NCBI GenBank assembly: GCA_051294905.1
Contig: CM119371.1
Coordinates: forward strand, 14,882,001-14,946,000
Origin: Botryllus schlosseri
Lineage: Eukaryota
Length of the DNA: 64,000 bases
Direction of reading: 5' to 3'
The notes beneath the pieces are model-generated. The model was given only the letters and a program-made list of their open reading frames with translations, was not told the DNA's origin and did not search any database. The translations under genes were made by a program, and so were the position numbers. Below are positions 12,597 through 24,878 of the stretch, one piece after another (position 1 is the stretch's first letter; every line of letters begins with the position of its first letter).

Positions 12597-13442
12597 ATGG
12601 ATCCAGAGATATCAAAGAAGCTGAAAGAAATAACCAAACAACTTGCAACTAAAATCGACAACAGCGAAAACCGTTTACTCAAGAAACTTGTGCAGGAACT
12701 AAAACCTCTGGTGGAGAGAAGCGTGGAAAACCATCTTGATTCTGCTATCTCCAAAAATCAAGACGAAGACACCAATGCCATCAGTTTGCTCCATGATAAG
12801 ATGGATCATATAATTCATCAAAAAAAAGAAACAGAAAATAGTCTATACGAAATAAAAGGATTTCAGGACACTTTGAAATCCAAACTGGAAGCCCAGGACA
12901 CTAGGCTGAAAGAATTGGAATCAAAAGTTGAAGCAATCACTCTGGACAATCAGAAACTGAGAGGACTACTCCACAGCAATCGCCAAATGATCGACCAACT
13001 CGAACAGAATCAGCGGAACGATTCCTTGGTGATCAGTGGATTACCTGAAAAAGAAAACGAAAATTTGCAAAAAGAAATAATTGATATCGGAGGAAGGATT
13101 GGACTGGATATCCAACCCAGTGACTTTGAGTGCTCTTACCGACTCAAACAATCGTCGAAAACTGCAGACAAACAAGCTCCATTGGCTCTCATAAAGTTCA
13201 GAAACTCCAAAACCAGATCACAACTCCTGCAAAAAAGAAAAGAACTTCGGAGCATCCACGATAACTTGCCTGGCTTTAAGAATCTCTACATCAATGAAAA
13301 CTTGACCAAGTTCAGAAGAGTGCTCCACTCAAAGACTCGCAAGCTGGGTAAATCTCTAGGATACAAGCACTGCTGGGTGGTCAATGGTAAAATTTTTCTC
13401 GGAACACAAAATCTATTTTCATCGATTCTTACGAAACCCTAG
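12597..13442 (+). CDS. LINE ORF1 (coiled coil plus RRM-like region)
   Basis: Heptad-rich N-half; motifs LEQNQRNDSLVISGLPE, YINENLT and WVVNGKIF typical of LINE ORF1 proteins; probable frameshift near the end. Confidence 0.85.
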   Translation: MDPEISKKLKEITKQLATKIDNSENRLLKKLVQELKPLVERSVENHLDSAISKNQDEDTNAISLLHDKMDHIIHQKKETENSLYEIKGFQDTLKSKLEAQDTRLKELESKVEAITLDNQKLRGLLHSNRQMIDQLEQNQRNDSLVISGLPEKENENLQKEIIDIGGRIGLDIQPSDFECSYRLKQSSKTADKQAPLALIKFRNSKTRSQLLQKRKELRSIHDNLPGFKNLYINENLTKFRRVLHSKTRKLGKSLGYKHCWVVNGKIFLGTQNLFSSILTKP

Positions 13443-13496
13443 AAAAGCTGCGTAACGACGCTTAAATCATTATTTTCTTGTCGAGCATTTATCTTT

Positions 13497-16485
13497 ATGT
13501 CTTCTCCAAACGAAATCAATGCTGACGGTTCCCCAAATTTCCAGGATATGCAATACCCAAATATTAGTGACTGTATTGTGACTACGCGTGACCATTTATT
13601 GCCTATTTTAAGTCAAATCCAAGAATATGAACATTTTACAATGATTCACCTCAACATAAGGTCCTTGCCTTACCATTTGGATGAGCTGAGTGATTTGATT
13701 GCTAGCTTAAAGAGTATACCTTGCTTGATTGCCATATCGGAAACTAAGCTAAAAGGTGAACCGAATACCTCAATTGATATCAACGGCTACTACTACCTAA
13801 ATTCTCCAACACAGGGACTGGCTGGTGGTGTAGGACTTTACCTAAAGTCCTATATCAACTCCGAACAGGTTCATGAATATGACTTGTAATGCAGTGGTGT
13901 TGAACAAATATGGGTGGAAATTTCTAATCCTCGAATTAGAAATGAGCATACTGTTGTTGGTGTCATCTATCGTCACCCTAACTTCAATATTTCAGAATTC
14001 ACAAGTTAACTCAGTAGTACTCTCAACAAACTGCAGCAAAGAAACATCCAATTTTTCATAATGGGAGACATAAATATTGATCACCTATCAGATTTAGCGC
14101 CGCACCAGGACTATCTCCTTATGCTACGATCTAAAGGAGTTGCATCCGTTATTTCAAAACCCACTAGAGTCACAGCTACCTCTTCCACCATTATTGATCA
14201 CATATACACCAATCTTTCCATTATTAATATAAGACCTATGATGTTAGACTATGTTATGACTGATCACTACCCTGTTGTAGCTCAGGTTAAGTTGTCAAAA
14301 AAACGTCAAAAATATAATATGCAACCGATATACCGGCGCAGTATGCATTCTGAAGCATGTGAACTTCTGACGGATGATGTAGAGGAATTCTTCTGAACCA
14401 ATGAACTTCCCAGTCTTTGCCATGGCAATTTCAATCAGTCATTCGAACATTTCTTGTCAGTAGTGAAGATACTAATCGATCGACATATGCCTCTACAAAA
14501 ACTGAGTAGAAAAAAAAGAAAATTGCTGTTGAAACCTTGGATAACTGCCAGTATTCTTAGGGCCATTAAAAAACGAAATAGTCTTCATAGAAAATGGATA
14601 TCACTAGGCTCAGACGAATCCAAAATTGAATACCAAGAGTATGCCAAAGCACTTTCCAGGATCAAAGCTAAAGCAAAACGGACGTATTATTATCAGCTGT
14701 TTCACAGAAATAATACCAATCCTAAGCAAACCTGGAAAACTATCAATAGCATAATAAATCGTCCTTCGGCTAAAGGTTCACTGCCAACGACCATTACAAA
14801 TGAGCAGGGGGTACCGACTTCTAATTCTCACGACATAGCCTCCTTATTCAATAAACATTTCTGTTATATCGGTAATAACCTAGCATCCAAAGTGCCGCCA
14901 AGCAATGATTCCCCTACAGCAGCTATTCGCAGTGTTACCAACTCGATACTTCTCTCTCCGACCACAGAAGAGAGATTATCTTAGCGTACTCACTCAAGAA
15001 TGACAAAGAGGGATGTGATCGAATTCCTATTAAACTACTGAAATTGATTTTTCTTTTGGTCTCTAGACACCTGGTCAATTTTTTCAACAGTTCTATTTCA
15101 TTAGGGATATTTCCAGATGCATTGAAGGTTGCCAAGGTTGTCACTATTTTCAAGTCAGGTGATAAAAGCAATGTCAACAACTACCGCCCCATATCTATCC
15201 TACCATCCTTGTCAACAATTTTTGAAAAGCTACTATATCGACGACTTACCAGCTTCCTCGTTGCTCACTCTGTCATATTAGACAACCAGTTTGGCTTCCG
15301 ACAAAATCTTGACACAAATCAAGCAATTCTTGCCCTTACTTCCAAAATTTATCAGAGACACAACTCTGGTATGATTTCATGTGTTGTTTTTCTTGATATA
15401 AAAAAGCTTTCGACACTGTCAATCATTCAATACTTATAAGTAAACTCTCGTGTTATGGAATCAGAGGTGTAGCCTTGGATTTGATTACAAGCTATCTTAC
15501 CAATCGATGTCAATATGTTTACAGTAAGGATCACCTACCTTCTGAAAAGAGTGACATATTATGTGGTGTACCACAGGGCTCCGTTTTAGGACCCCTATTA
15601 TTCAGTCTTTATATCAATAATGTTGCTGCATGTATCTCGGAGACCTCGGTCCTATTTGCTGATGATACTTGCGTACTTATATCTGCTACAGACTTGACCT
15701 CTCTACAAACCAAAGCTAATTCCAAGATTTGCAAGATGACTGCTTGGATGAAAACCAACCGACTAACCATTAATCCAACTAAGACTCAGGTACTGGTCTT
15801 CAATTGTAAAGCTGCCTCAACTTTTTCACTAAGTGTATCTGATGTCATTATTGCACCCTCAACCCATACAAGATATCTGGGAATTATCATTGACTCCAAT
15901 CTTAAATGGAAGACCCACATTTTCAATCTATGTAAAAAGCTATCTGCTACGGCCGGAATTCTAGCGAGACTGAGACATTCTCTCCCTAGACAGACCTTGA
16001 GAACCATATATTTCTCATTATTTCACCCTCATCTGCTTTATGGATTATGTGTATGGGGGAAGGCCAATCAGACGGATTTTAACAGAATCTGTGTCATCCA
16101 AAATCGAGCCATAAGAAATATATGTGGCATAGATTCTAGGTCATCTGCTACTCCTGGTTATTTAGCTCTCAGGAAACTTAAGCTACCCGATTTGTATAAT
16201 TATGAAATAGCCAACCTGATGCATAAATTCACAAACGGTAATATCTCCCCTTACTTTATTAGCTTGTTTGAGCAATCTTCCACTGTGCATGGGTATTCTA
16301 CTAGATTATCGAAATCTGGTCATCTTTATGTTCACCGTATGAACTCCAGACTGACCCAACAGTCCATTGAATATATGGGCCTAAATATTTGGAATGACGT
16401 GCCCGACAGTATCAAAGAGCTACCTTAGCATGAATTTAAAACCCAATACCAGGATTACCTTTTTTCAAATTATAATCAGAAATGA
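13497..16485 (+). pseudogene. LINE ORF2 (AP endonuclease plus reverse transcriptase), disrupted
   Basis: HLNIRSL, ISETKL, GDINID, IDHIYTN, TDHYPV (APE); NYRPISILP, QFGFR, GVPQGSVLGPLLF, FADD, YLGI (RT). Stops at 13887, 14394 and 16426; frameshifts at ~14975 and ~15400. Confidence 0.93.
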
Positions 16486-16879
16486 GAGTATCTACTATCT
16501 AGTACCCGTTGTAATATAAATTATACATCTATTTATTGACTTCATATTGCTTTACCTAGTATGTTGCCATGGCTACTGTCTTTGTTATATATTTGTGTTT
16601 ATTTTCTTCTATTTGTGATTATTATTTTCTTTCATGTTGCAGACTGTCCACTGTTATATTTATTGGGATGAGTGCACTTGATTATTTCACTGCCATGGAG
16701 GTGACGAGTAACAAGGCCTTTATAGGCCATATCGTCACCTCCAGTCAACTTTTTATGTTTGACGAAGCAATAGAATGTCTGTCTGTCTGTCTGTCTGATT
16801 GGTTTGGCGATTCTTCTGACATTGAGAAGTACGATGTATTGAACAAAGAATGGCATGGCATTGAAAAAAATGAAGATCA

Positions 16880-18411
16880 CTCTTGTGATTTCATAATCCA
16901 AGTCGGAGACGATGTCTATCGTACACACCAGAATGTATTGTCGGCTGGTTCCGCTTATTTTAGAGCCATTTTGAAGTATGACACGAAAGAGAGTCGCGAC
17001 AGAAAAGTCGTTTTGAAAGATGTGGATTCTCAGTGTGTGAAAAATTGCATCGATGTCATATATTCGGGGAAATTTGAGATTCCTGATGGAAGCATCATTG
17101 AACTTCTTCACGCCGCAATGATGATGCAGCTGGATGATGTAAAGCAAGCCGTATCCAATATTTTGGAGGAATCAATTACCAATTACCAATGTGGGTGATA
17201 TTTATGGACTGGCTGATGTTTCTTTGAGATGCAGAATATTTTTACAAGATAACATTATGGAAATCTCAGACCAAGATGGATTTGAAAGCATTGACAAAGA
17301 TGACCTTGCCGGCCTTCTGAAGTCGGGAAAATTGAAATTATGGGAAGAAGAAAAACTGGCATTATCGCTCAAATGGATCAACAAATCTCAAAGTAAAAGC
17401 AAATCTTTGCATGAATTTCTTGAAGTAATCAAGTTTGATCTAATATCCCCGGCGTATTTGCATCAGATTTTGGAAACTCACCCCCACATAAGTAATGACT
17501 CCGAGCTGTACAAGTTATTCACTGGTCATATTCTGAAAGCTTCTATTAAGGCAAAAGAAGATAATGACGCTGACAAATTGATAATTCTTTTTGATGATGA
17601 GACAAAATATCTCCGATCCTTTAATCCAATAACCAAGGAAATAGATAAGTTTCATGATGCAAAGGTGGATTTCTCAATGGAATTCACAGCGATTTCTCTG
17701 GACTCATATATTTATGTCTTTTGTAAAGCTAAATCTGTTCATCGACTCAATTTTCAGAGAAAAAATTCAAAATGGGAAAAGATGGATGATATGATTTGCG
17801 ACCATGGTATAGCTCCAAGCTCAGTTTGTTCAACTGGGTCCATAATCGTTATTGGAGGAAGCGATGGTACAGAAAAAACTGATGTCGAAAGATTTGACCC
17901 ATCTGTAAATCAATGGTTTCTACTACCAAACAAACCGTCAGCAATTTCTAATGCTAGTCTCGTGTCATTGGATGGTTCCATCTATTGTATCGGAGGTTGG
18001 CGAGATGGTGCCGAAGTTTTTTCATTCTGCAGACTCACTCCTTCCTCAGCAGAGTGGGTTGATCTCGAGCCAATGAGATATCCTGCTGATAGCCGTGGTG
18101 TTGTTGCAGTTGAACAAAAGATATTTGTGACGGGTGGGTATAGTGGAGATGATATCCTCAACAATGTAGAATGTTACAATGGTACTTCAGCTCAATGGAC
18201 TTCGTTGTCATCTATGACTTTAACTCATGGCAACAATAGTGCTTATCGCATCGGTAATTGGATGTTTGTAGTCGATGAGTTTGGTGACTCTCGTCACATT
18301 GAGAAATACGATTTATGGAACAAGAAATGGTGTAACATGAAAAAAAAACCAAATCATTTGTCCGATGTTTGCGAATCTGTAATGGTGAAGCTATGGATTA
18401 CTGGTTTTTAA
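16880..18411 (+). pseudogene. BTB-BACK-Kelch copy D, lacking its own start and fused to the tail of copy C
   Basis: Begins at CDFIIQVG. A small frameshifting deletion lies at ~17180; the frame 17191-18411 is open through BACK and all kelch blades. Confidence 0.9.
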
Positions 18412-20094
18412 ACTGTATGATACACCAATCTTCTGGGGTAGTGACATATTCTAGCGTGGTCTGGAAACTTCTTTGTATAATGTTGAAACATGCATTCTTT
18501 AGATCGGAATGAGTTTAGGGTGTGTTGAAACTTCAACGTATTTGGCAATCTGATTTGAAGCCATGTTGCGGCGTCAGCGAAAATGGTTGTATGCATTATA
18601 CTGAGTGGCAGCTTAGTTTATTGAGAAAATTGTGAGTTTTGAGTACAAATTTGAAAGTACAGTTTTGAACGTTTGAGTGAACAAAGTAAAGTTCCTACGA
18701 TCTATTTCAGGGGCGACCAACCCGCGAGAAGGTTTTGAGTGGCCCGCGAGGTAGTTCTCGAAATTAGTTTTATTAAAAAAAATAATTACCGGGTAATTTG
18801 TTGTGAGCATACAAGGCCAACCAAAAATGTGTTTAGCCCGACTGCGAAATTTGGGATGTTGATGACTAAATTATCAGCTTCGAGTCTTCCGATGCATTGT
18901 CGTAGTCAGGATCCGGGCACAATTTTCGTAGATATTTTTTCATTGGAATAAAGTAGAATATTTCATGGCAGATATATTTGTCTTAGCACCTCGCGCGATT
19001 TATAGTCACTCAATTTCTTGCTTTTAGTATTTGTACCCCTTTGTGAAAATTCAAAACACGCCCAATTTATGGAATGGAGTTTGACTATATTAGCAATTTA
19101 TGGGAGAACGTGTCGTCCAACAACCAAATAGGCGAAACACATTTGAGTACTTAAAAAAAGGAGCAGTAGCCTACTTTGTTACTGACCATATCTGCTAACG
19201 TCATTCGAAGAATGTCTCCATCACTATGAGCAATCTTTCAAATATTGCCGTATTCCATTAGGCAGAGAGCGAATGAGATTATCTCCATTCACTGTTGACA
19301 CTCTCATAACCATAGAATCTGGCAGCAATTTGCTTTTTTTACACTTGGATGTTGTTGCGTTTTATGGTTTCATGCTTGGCTGTTCTATATGTTGACTGCT
19401 TCATGCTTTCTGTCACTTATTCATCTTCCTCGGCTGATTATTGCCTTCTATAGCGGAAATAATGTCGAACCTTCATTTATTTTGGTACATCTGCTTCAAA
19501 TTAGTGGTGTAGTCTGTTTACGTCACTCTTCTTATATTTGCAACTGCAATTTTATGTCTTGTATGTTTTTGTTTCCACAGGAATAAAATTAGTGATAGTC
19601 TATTGCTGGATTGCGTCCTGGTTCAGCTGCATGAGTGAGATCATTCAAGATGGTCATTTAAAACAAAGTTTTCTGATTGTTGGACAAGATTCTTCTGATC
19701 CTAATGGATTGTCCTTAGGATACTGAGCTGTCGGACAAATTCAGATTCTTGAAAATGAAATTTTACTCAACACACTAGCAAGAGCCAGTTTCATACAGTG
19801 CATGAGGTTGGTTGTTGCTAGAACTCAGGTCATTATGATTTGGCTACTGTGGTGGAGGGATCATCCAAATGTAAGATTTGACCGTTTTCTTGTCATTTGT
19901 GATGTCAATCTTTGGCTATAAGTTATGTGCAGTGTGCACTGTAGATTCGAATATTCAAGTGAAGTTTAATCAGTCAAATTTCGCCAGCTGTCTGTCTCCA
20001 TTTATGTGATGGCTGTGATTATTCATGTTTACTGTCAAAACATATTTTATGCCTCCTATTCTGTTTCAATTAGCAAATACTTAATCAATCAGTA

Positions 20095-20140
20095 ATGATC
20101 ATGGTGTGTTTGGTTGCGGAAAAGTACGCAGTGGCTGTAA
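20095..20140 (+). pseudogene. Relic start of an H-type kelch-like copy
   Basis: MIMVCLVAEKYA vs H MVRMVCLDAEKHG. The upstream gtgattattcatgtttactg...aaaaca matches the H upstream region at ~47665-47745. Confidence 0.65.
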
Positions 20141-20844
20141 CCTCTGTCTGAGTTGAACTAGTGTACAGGCCATTGTAAAATTAGAACAATCTGTAATGCA
20201 GGGGTGAGCAATTATTTTTCACTGTGGCCAAATGAAAAGCAGAAAATACATTGGCGGACCAAGTTAAAAAGTTAGACTCTACCCTGCAGCGTATAAATTT
20301 TATTTCTTAATTGATAGCAGTGAATTACATGTTAATGTATGCTGCTCGTTGCCTTCTGAGCATTGTGCATCTTGGTGAAAAAGCCTTGGTGTCCAGCAAA
20401 GCTAACATTTCTTCTAAAATTCGCCCACCCTTAATCGAGTGTCTGTATTTGTGTTTTTGTCATAAGACCAGTGTTGGGATTGACTCGTGACTCGGAGCAA
20501 AATGTACATTATGAGCTCCAGTGCATAATTTTGGCAAAATTAAGTATTTTAATGTAAAAGAATGTCTAAGTCGAGTTTCTTAGTGCCAAATCTTCCATTG
20601 TTAGGTCAAAAAATGATGTGATGATAACTCAGTCGCGAAAACTGGTTGACTTGTTTTACGAAATAGGGTTTTGGTAATGTATCACAGCACTTTGAAGCAG
20701 GGTAATGCCCAATGTAACAATGGACACAATGACGGTTTGAACTAAGACATATGGAAGAGTGTCTTCAACTGTTTCAGTATAGGCTACTCTACTCCATTTA
20801 CTTAATTTTGAATCTGGAGTACGGACACAATGTACGCGATCGTG

Positions 20845-22368
20845 CGACGAAAGAATATTCAAGGAACACAAAAGAGTCGCATTCACATTTAAGGGACGAC
20901 GGACTCCGCTCACCCTGACCTTGTCAAAATAGGCAGTTCCGTATCTGAAACCATTCATAGTCACCTTAGCCAAGATAGCCGCCCAGTAGCAGACAAGCAA
21001 CGGAGGTACTTGCAGACAGGTCTTCCTTCATCGCAGAAGAAACAAAACGTCTGCTTGCTAACAATCTTATCGAGCCAAGTAATTCGCCTTGGAGAGCTCA
21101 GGTACTCGTCAGAAACAAACATTCTACCAAACGACGAAAGGTCAGTGGCAACTGCAGGACAATTAACCGAATCACTAAGCTTGACACCTATCCTCTGACA
21201 CACATCTAGGATATTGTGAATGAGCTTACGTAGTACTAGGTATTCACAACAGTTGAGTTGAAGTCGACTTATCATCACCTCCAAATGAATCCATGTGACC
21301 GAGAACCTATCAGTCAAGAAGCAACTTGTTTCAGTGGCGACGACTTCCTTTTGGTCTGCAAATGCTGTACCCTGATTTCAACGAACAATCGATTACATTG
21401 TCCAGCAGAATAATCTGAAAGGCTGTTTTACATATCTGGACGATATCACCATCGCTGGAGTGGATCAGGCTTATCACGACCACAATTTGAATGCCTTCAT
21501 GAAAGCGGCGTTACGCGTCAACCTTGCTATCAACAAAGCTCAGACGCAAGTTGCAAAGTCCAAATTTTCTATTCTGGGGTACAAGGCCGGACACCGGCCT
21601 GTTCAGCCTGAACCAGAGAGAGTGACTACACTCCTAAATCTGCTACATCCATGATCTGAGCTGCAGATAATAAGGATGATAGGGCTGTTCGCCTATTACG
21701 CTCTATGGATCGCAAATTACTCGACAAAAATCGGACCGCAGACCAAAGCCACGATTACTTTACACAACGATTCATCTTAAGCAATTGATCTCATTACCTG
21801 GCCAACGCCTCATTGGAACCCATCAACGAATCTATGTCGTTCACAGTTGAAACCATGTCCTATTTACGTCAAGCGACATGGGGTATGAGTCCTTGGTGGA
21901 CGAGGCGGAGCTTCTCAAAACAAAGCCCGCTTACGCCCATGTTCGACTCAAACGACGGCAGAGAAACTATGGTATCGGTTCGGGATATGTCACCACGCAG
22001 TAGCACCGACGGAACTGGCAGAGCAGAATTTGGTGACTACGGCGAAGATTGCTCGGGTGGACAACTCCCTAGCAAAGACGCTGCGATTCAGAATGACGCC
22101 ATTGCCACCAGCACCGACGACGGAAACACCGAAATTCCGCAAGCGAACATTGAGCCTGAAAGACCACCGTTTCGTCTTTCAGCAGCAGATCGATACGACG
22201 CAGTATGTCTCTATTATTGTCCGAGTATAACACCCTTGTATCATAAACATTTTACGGCGCGGGGGGGGGGACTATTTCCTAGTTTCACCTTATTACGTAA
22301 CTGGTTACTGTTGAGTACGCACACTCAACGTATGTAGTCTTGTTAGTATGTGATCAGTTGCGTGATTT
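20845..22368 (+). mobile_element. Gypsy LTR-retrotransposon remnant 1 (RT, partial RNase H, integrase tail, PPT, partial 3' LTR)
   Basis: IEPSNSPWRAQVLV, RLPFGL, FQRTID, YLDDITIAG (~21433), DGRETMVSVRDMSP; G-run PPT at 22261-22271. Confidence 0.88.
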
Positions 22369-24634
22369 CTTTTTACCTGAAAACGATATATTCACGCCAT
22401 TAGTTGGCAGGAATAAGCTACCAAACAATATATCCACACCATTAGTTAGCAGGAATAAGTTACCAAACAAACTTGGGAGTTCCCCTACCCGGTCATGCTT
22501 CCTGCTTCAATGTCACATAATACAATTGAATATCACATTAACAACCATCTACGGCATCTACAACCCAAGTGCTGCCAGCCAATATTACTGTCAAGTTTCT
22601 GTTCGCTAATGTTTTGTGAATCAACTTGCAGCACTATCTGATATCGAGTTATACATACTTTGGTAAATATTATCACTTCAATGGTTATAAGCAATCTCAA
22701 GACTGCTATTATCATGTTCATACAGAATATCTCAGCCTTTTATACTTGTGGGCTTGGGATAACCAAATCTTAGCCGTTTTGTCATATCATTAATATGCTG
22801 GTCTGGTATATAATCCTTAGGTTTTTTAGTACTTTCATCTGTGCTTTGAGCGGGGTAAAGCTACATATGTGATTTGGACGAGATAACTCTTCAAACTTCT
22901 GGTTAAATTTTGGCTAATAAGCGGTAAGATTTTATTTGCATTTGAGAATGAACTAACTCTAGCAAGCAGTGGCTAAGTGGCATGCACAAATGCCGATTAT
23001 ATTTCCAATATTTCCTAGCTCATTTGCAATGAAGCAATTATTATGATCAGTGCTCCGAATTTTCTACAATCGTCACTACTCTGAGGGTTGCCGGACATCT
23101 TATGAGAAAAAGGGCCAACAAGCGCAGGAAAAGGGGCCAAATTGTTCAGTAACACTGCAAAACACCCATAGACTACTGTCACTGTCACACTACTGTCAGT
23201 CACCTGGAATTCCAGTTATATATTGTTGATACTGTTGTAGGACACCAAATCAACCGCCTATGACTACAGTTGATCCAACGACAATAACTGCTATTATTTC
23301 GAGCCTTTTCCAGCTGAATATAAAACCGTAAAATAAAAAGTTTTGTGCTACAATATGAAAGTAATTAAATTTTAAGAATTTTAATTAAAAATTAAGAGAA
23401 GTTTTTTTACATTTGAAACTTATCCAACTTATACATTTAATTTTAAGATTTTTCACCAAAAAACTGTCCGGTGGTGTTGAAGTTTTTTTCTTTAAAATTT
23501 CTATCAGCCATAAGTACTATAAGGGTACGATTCTTCAGACTTCTTTCCGCTACTTAGCTTCCTGCCATGTTTGATGCTTTTTCGTCCACCTGTTCACAAA
23601 TCTGTATTTACAATTCCATCACAGTCTACATTCTACAAAAACAAATTCAAATCTTTATTTTCAGTGTTTCAACTCGAATCATTGACATTGGTATAAACCA
23701 GGGGCGGGCAACATACGGCCCGCGGGGGGGTTTTGTCCGGCCCGCCCACAGTTTCCGGTCTTATGTGATGATAAGGCCCGCGTCGCCCTCTACAGGCATT
23801 TAGGCGCAAACATTTTCAAGCATGAACATTAGCACGACTAAGAGACCTTCCAATACAACTGATGTTCGCCGCTTTGACGTAGCCAGGGGCGAATAGGACC
23901 ATGTCATTCCCAAATTTTCCGAGAATATTCGAAATATTTATAAATAGTGGAATATTTTCGGGTAGATGGATTCAAACTAAAATCTTTTCGTGCGCGGCAC
24001 GTGGTTTAGTGTCTCTACTTGAGTGTCTTGATTATGAGAATACAGTATCATAAATACCCTAGAATAGCCCGAGATAATATCCCCCAACCCTGATCTCGGG
24101 ATGCACCGATTTCACCATGTGCAATGCGGTTTTTCCGTTCAGAGTCTGATCCTTGGGGTTCTGCACTCTTCATCAACATTACACTACAGCTCCATATGCC
24201 TAATATAACATTTCATACGTCCGACATACGATACCGCCCCCCAGTGGGAATAAAATCCATACGACATATCCACCACCACCAATTCACTATTGTCTCCGAT
24301 AATTTATACAATTCCCAACGCTTATGATAATTTTTATTTACAAAGTCACCATGGGCCGAGTTCACCGAAGGCCGAGTTCACCATGGGCCGAATTCGTTAA
24401 AGGCCGAGTTCACTGATAATTATCTTTCGACATCTTCTCATTGTATTGCAGACTTGTGATGAAATTCTTAATACTGGGAACCAGACATCAGAGAACTTTG
24501 TCCAATTACTTGTAACCAGTCGGTTACTCTATCGATATTCATAAATATTACTCAGCATCTATCAACACCATAAGTATATTTATTTTCGAAGCAGTACTTA
24601 TCTCTATTGTATAGTTTCCATGTCATTGTTGATC

Positions 24635-24753
24635 ATGGTGCAGATTGTTTTGCAACATGTGAAGGGACGTGCAGTTAGTATGATGAAGGAGTTACGTCAA
24701 ATGAGGCAAGATCAAGATCATTGTGATTTCATAGTTCCAGTCTGAAATGATGT
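24635..24753 (+). pseudogene. Orphan 5' fragment of a kelch-like copy (BTB start)
   Basis: MVQIVLQHVKGRAVSMMKELRQMRQDQDHCDFIVPV*ND, immediately upstream of copy E. Confidence 0.85.
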
Positions 24754-24878
24754 GATATTAATTATGTGTGTATTTTGACTCCTATTGATTCAATATCTGC
24801 TATCTTTGCTTTTGCAGCATATCTATTGTAGCCTAGATTGTACTATTATTTATCCTTGAAGACTGGTTGGTGGTGACG

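Larger units (their letters stand above)
12530..16796 (+). mobile_element. Near full-length, decayed CR1/L2-group non-LTR retrotransposon (LINE)
   Basis: ORF1 plus APE-RT ORF2, 3' UTR and (GTCT)5 tail at 16777-16796; no obvious TSD. Confidence 0.93.
11832..16880 (+). pseudogene. Kelch-only pseudogene copy C (BTB/BACK deleted), interrupted by a LINE; parts 11832-12529 and 16797-~16880
   Basis: Upstream spacer (aaaacagcac) joins directly to ADKLVILFD. Several frameshifts. GNWIFVV precedes the LINE and DWFGDSSDIEKYDVLNKEW resumes after it. Confidence 0.88.

Noticed and set aside
12597..16485. Reverse transcriptase as part of a diversity-generating system acting on the kelch genes
   Set aside because: It is an ordinary decayed APE-RT LINE that disrupts a copy. 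No template/variable repeat pair or adenine-specific variation was seen.
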